From an uncultured bacterium (GTDB taxonomy: Bacteria; Patescibacteriota; Kazan-3B-28): 64,000 nt of DNA. The position numbers and the translations under genes were made by a program. Location of the stretch: NCBI GenBank assembly GCA_963695435.1, contig OY968788.1, forward strand, positions 207,424 through 271,423. The letters run 5' to 3'. The notes beneath the pieces were generated by a model, which was not told the origin of the DNA, searched no databases, and saw only the letters and a list, made by a program, of their open reading frames with translations. Shown piece after piece: positions 63,847 to 64,000 of the stretch (positions are counted from its first letter, which is position 1; each line of letters starts with the position of its first letter).

Positions 63847-64000
63847 GAAGTTTACGGTTATTACAATTTTTCCGCAGCTGATTGAGGATTATTTCAAAGA
63901 AGGGATTTTGTCTAGGGCGAGGAAGTTGAAACAAGTTCAACTCAAGACAATTACACCTCGCAAGTTTGCAAAGGATCGTCATCAAACGGTTGATGATATG
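63847..64000 (+). CDS. trmD: tRNA (guanine37-N1)-methyltransferase, 5' fragment (runs off window)
   Basis: MKFTVITIFPQLIEDYFKEGILSRARKL..DRHQTVDD matches the TrmD N-terminus. Confidence 0.8.

Overview
This 64 kb window looks like chromosomal DNA from a small-genome bacterium of the CPR/Patescibacteria type. That placement is inferred from gene content and style only. The genome is compact, about 45% GC, has short overlapping genes, K/A-rich tails on core proteins, and a reduced dcw cluster.

The backbone is a division/cell-wall cluster: mraZ, rsmH, ftsL-like, ftsI, murF, mraY, then murD, ftsW, murG, murC and ftsQ-like. Other recognisable genes are dnaX-ybaB-recR, dnaB, gyrA, rpsA, infB-rbfA-nrnA, rnc, nusB, rpmF, rpsP, a KH protein, trmD, cysS, glyQS, rplI, a sigma-70 factor and a single tRNA-Gln(UUG).

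The main result is two complete diversity-generating retroelements (DGRs), here called DGR1 at about 15.8-18.7 kb and DGR2 at about 58.2-60.9 kb. Each has a target gene ending in a variable repeat (VR), a template repeat (TR) that differs from it almost only at TR adenines, an Avd-type four-helix-bundle gene on the opposite strand, and a reverse transcriptase with the DGR-type LGNLTSQ motif. The two cassettes are paralogous and have the same unusual layout: target-VR, then TR, then avd on the minus strand, then RT on the plus strand, with the avd and RT 5' ends overlapping. Both target genes sit behind the same extended promoter motif.

The DGR1 reverse transcriptase reading frame is interrupted by a G11 homopolymer, a candidate slipped-strand phase switch. 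The 3' ~0.7 kb of the two RT genes are about 95% identical while the rest of each cassette is diverged.

Other points of interest:
- A mosaic family of hairpin-rich intergenic repeat modules with compensatory stem changes, present at five or more loci, including directly upstream of both DGR targets, murF and a short-chain dehydrogenase gene.
- A second 120-nt structured repeat present twice.
- A GC-elevated islet carrying a PRTase-like gene.
- A sortase-fold protein with Ser in place of the catalytic Cys, inside the dcw cluster.
- An SdpR/SdpI-like immunity pair.
- A large PQQ-propeller/dockerin lipoprotein next to the tRNA.
- A 14-codon poly-Lys mini-ORF with its own promoter and terminator.
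- A 400-nt structured non-coding block upstream of the rpsA promoter.

No rRNA, CRISPR array, transposase or integrase was seen.
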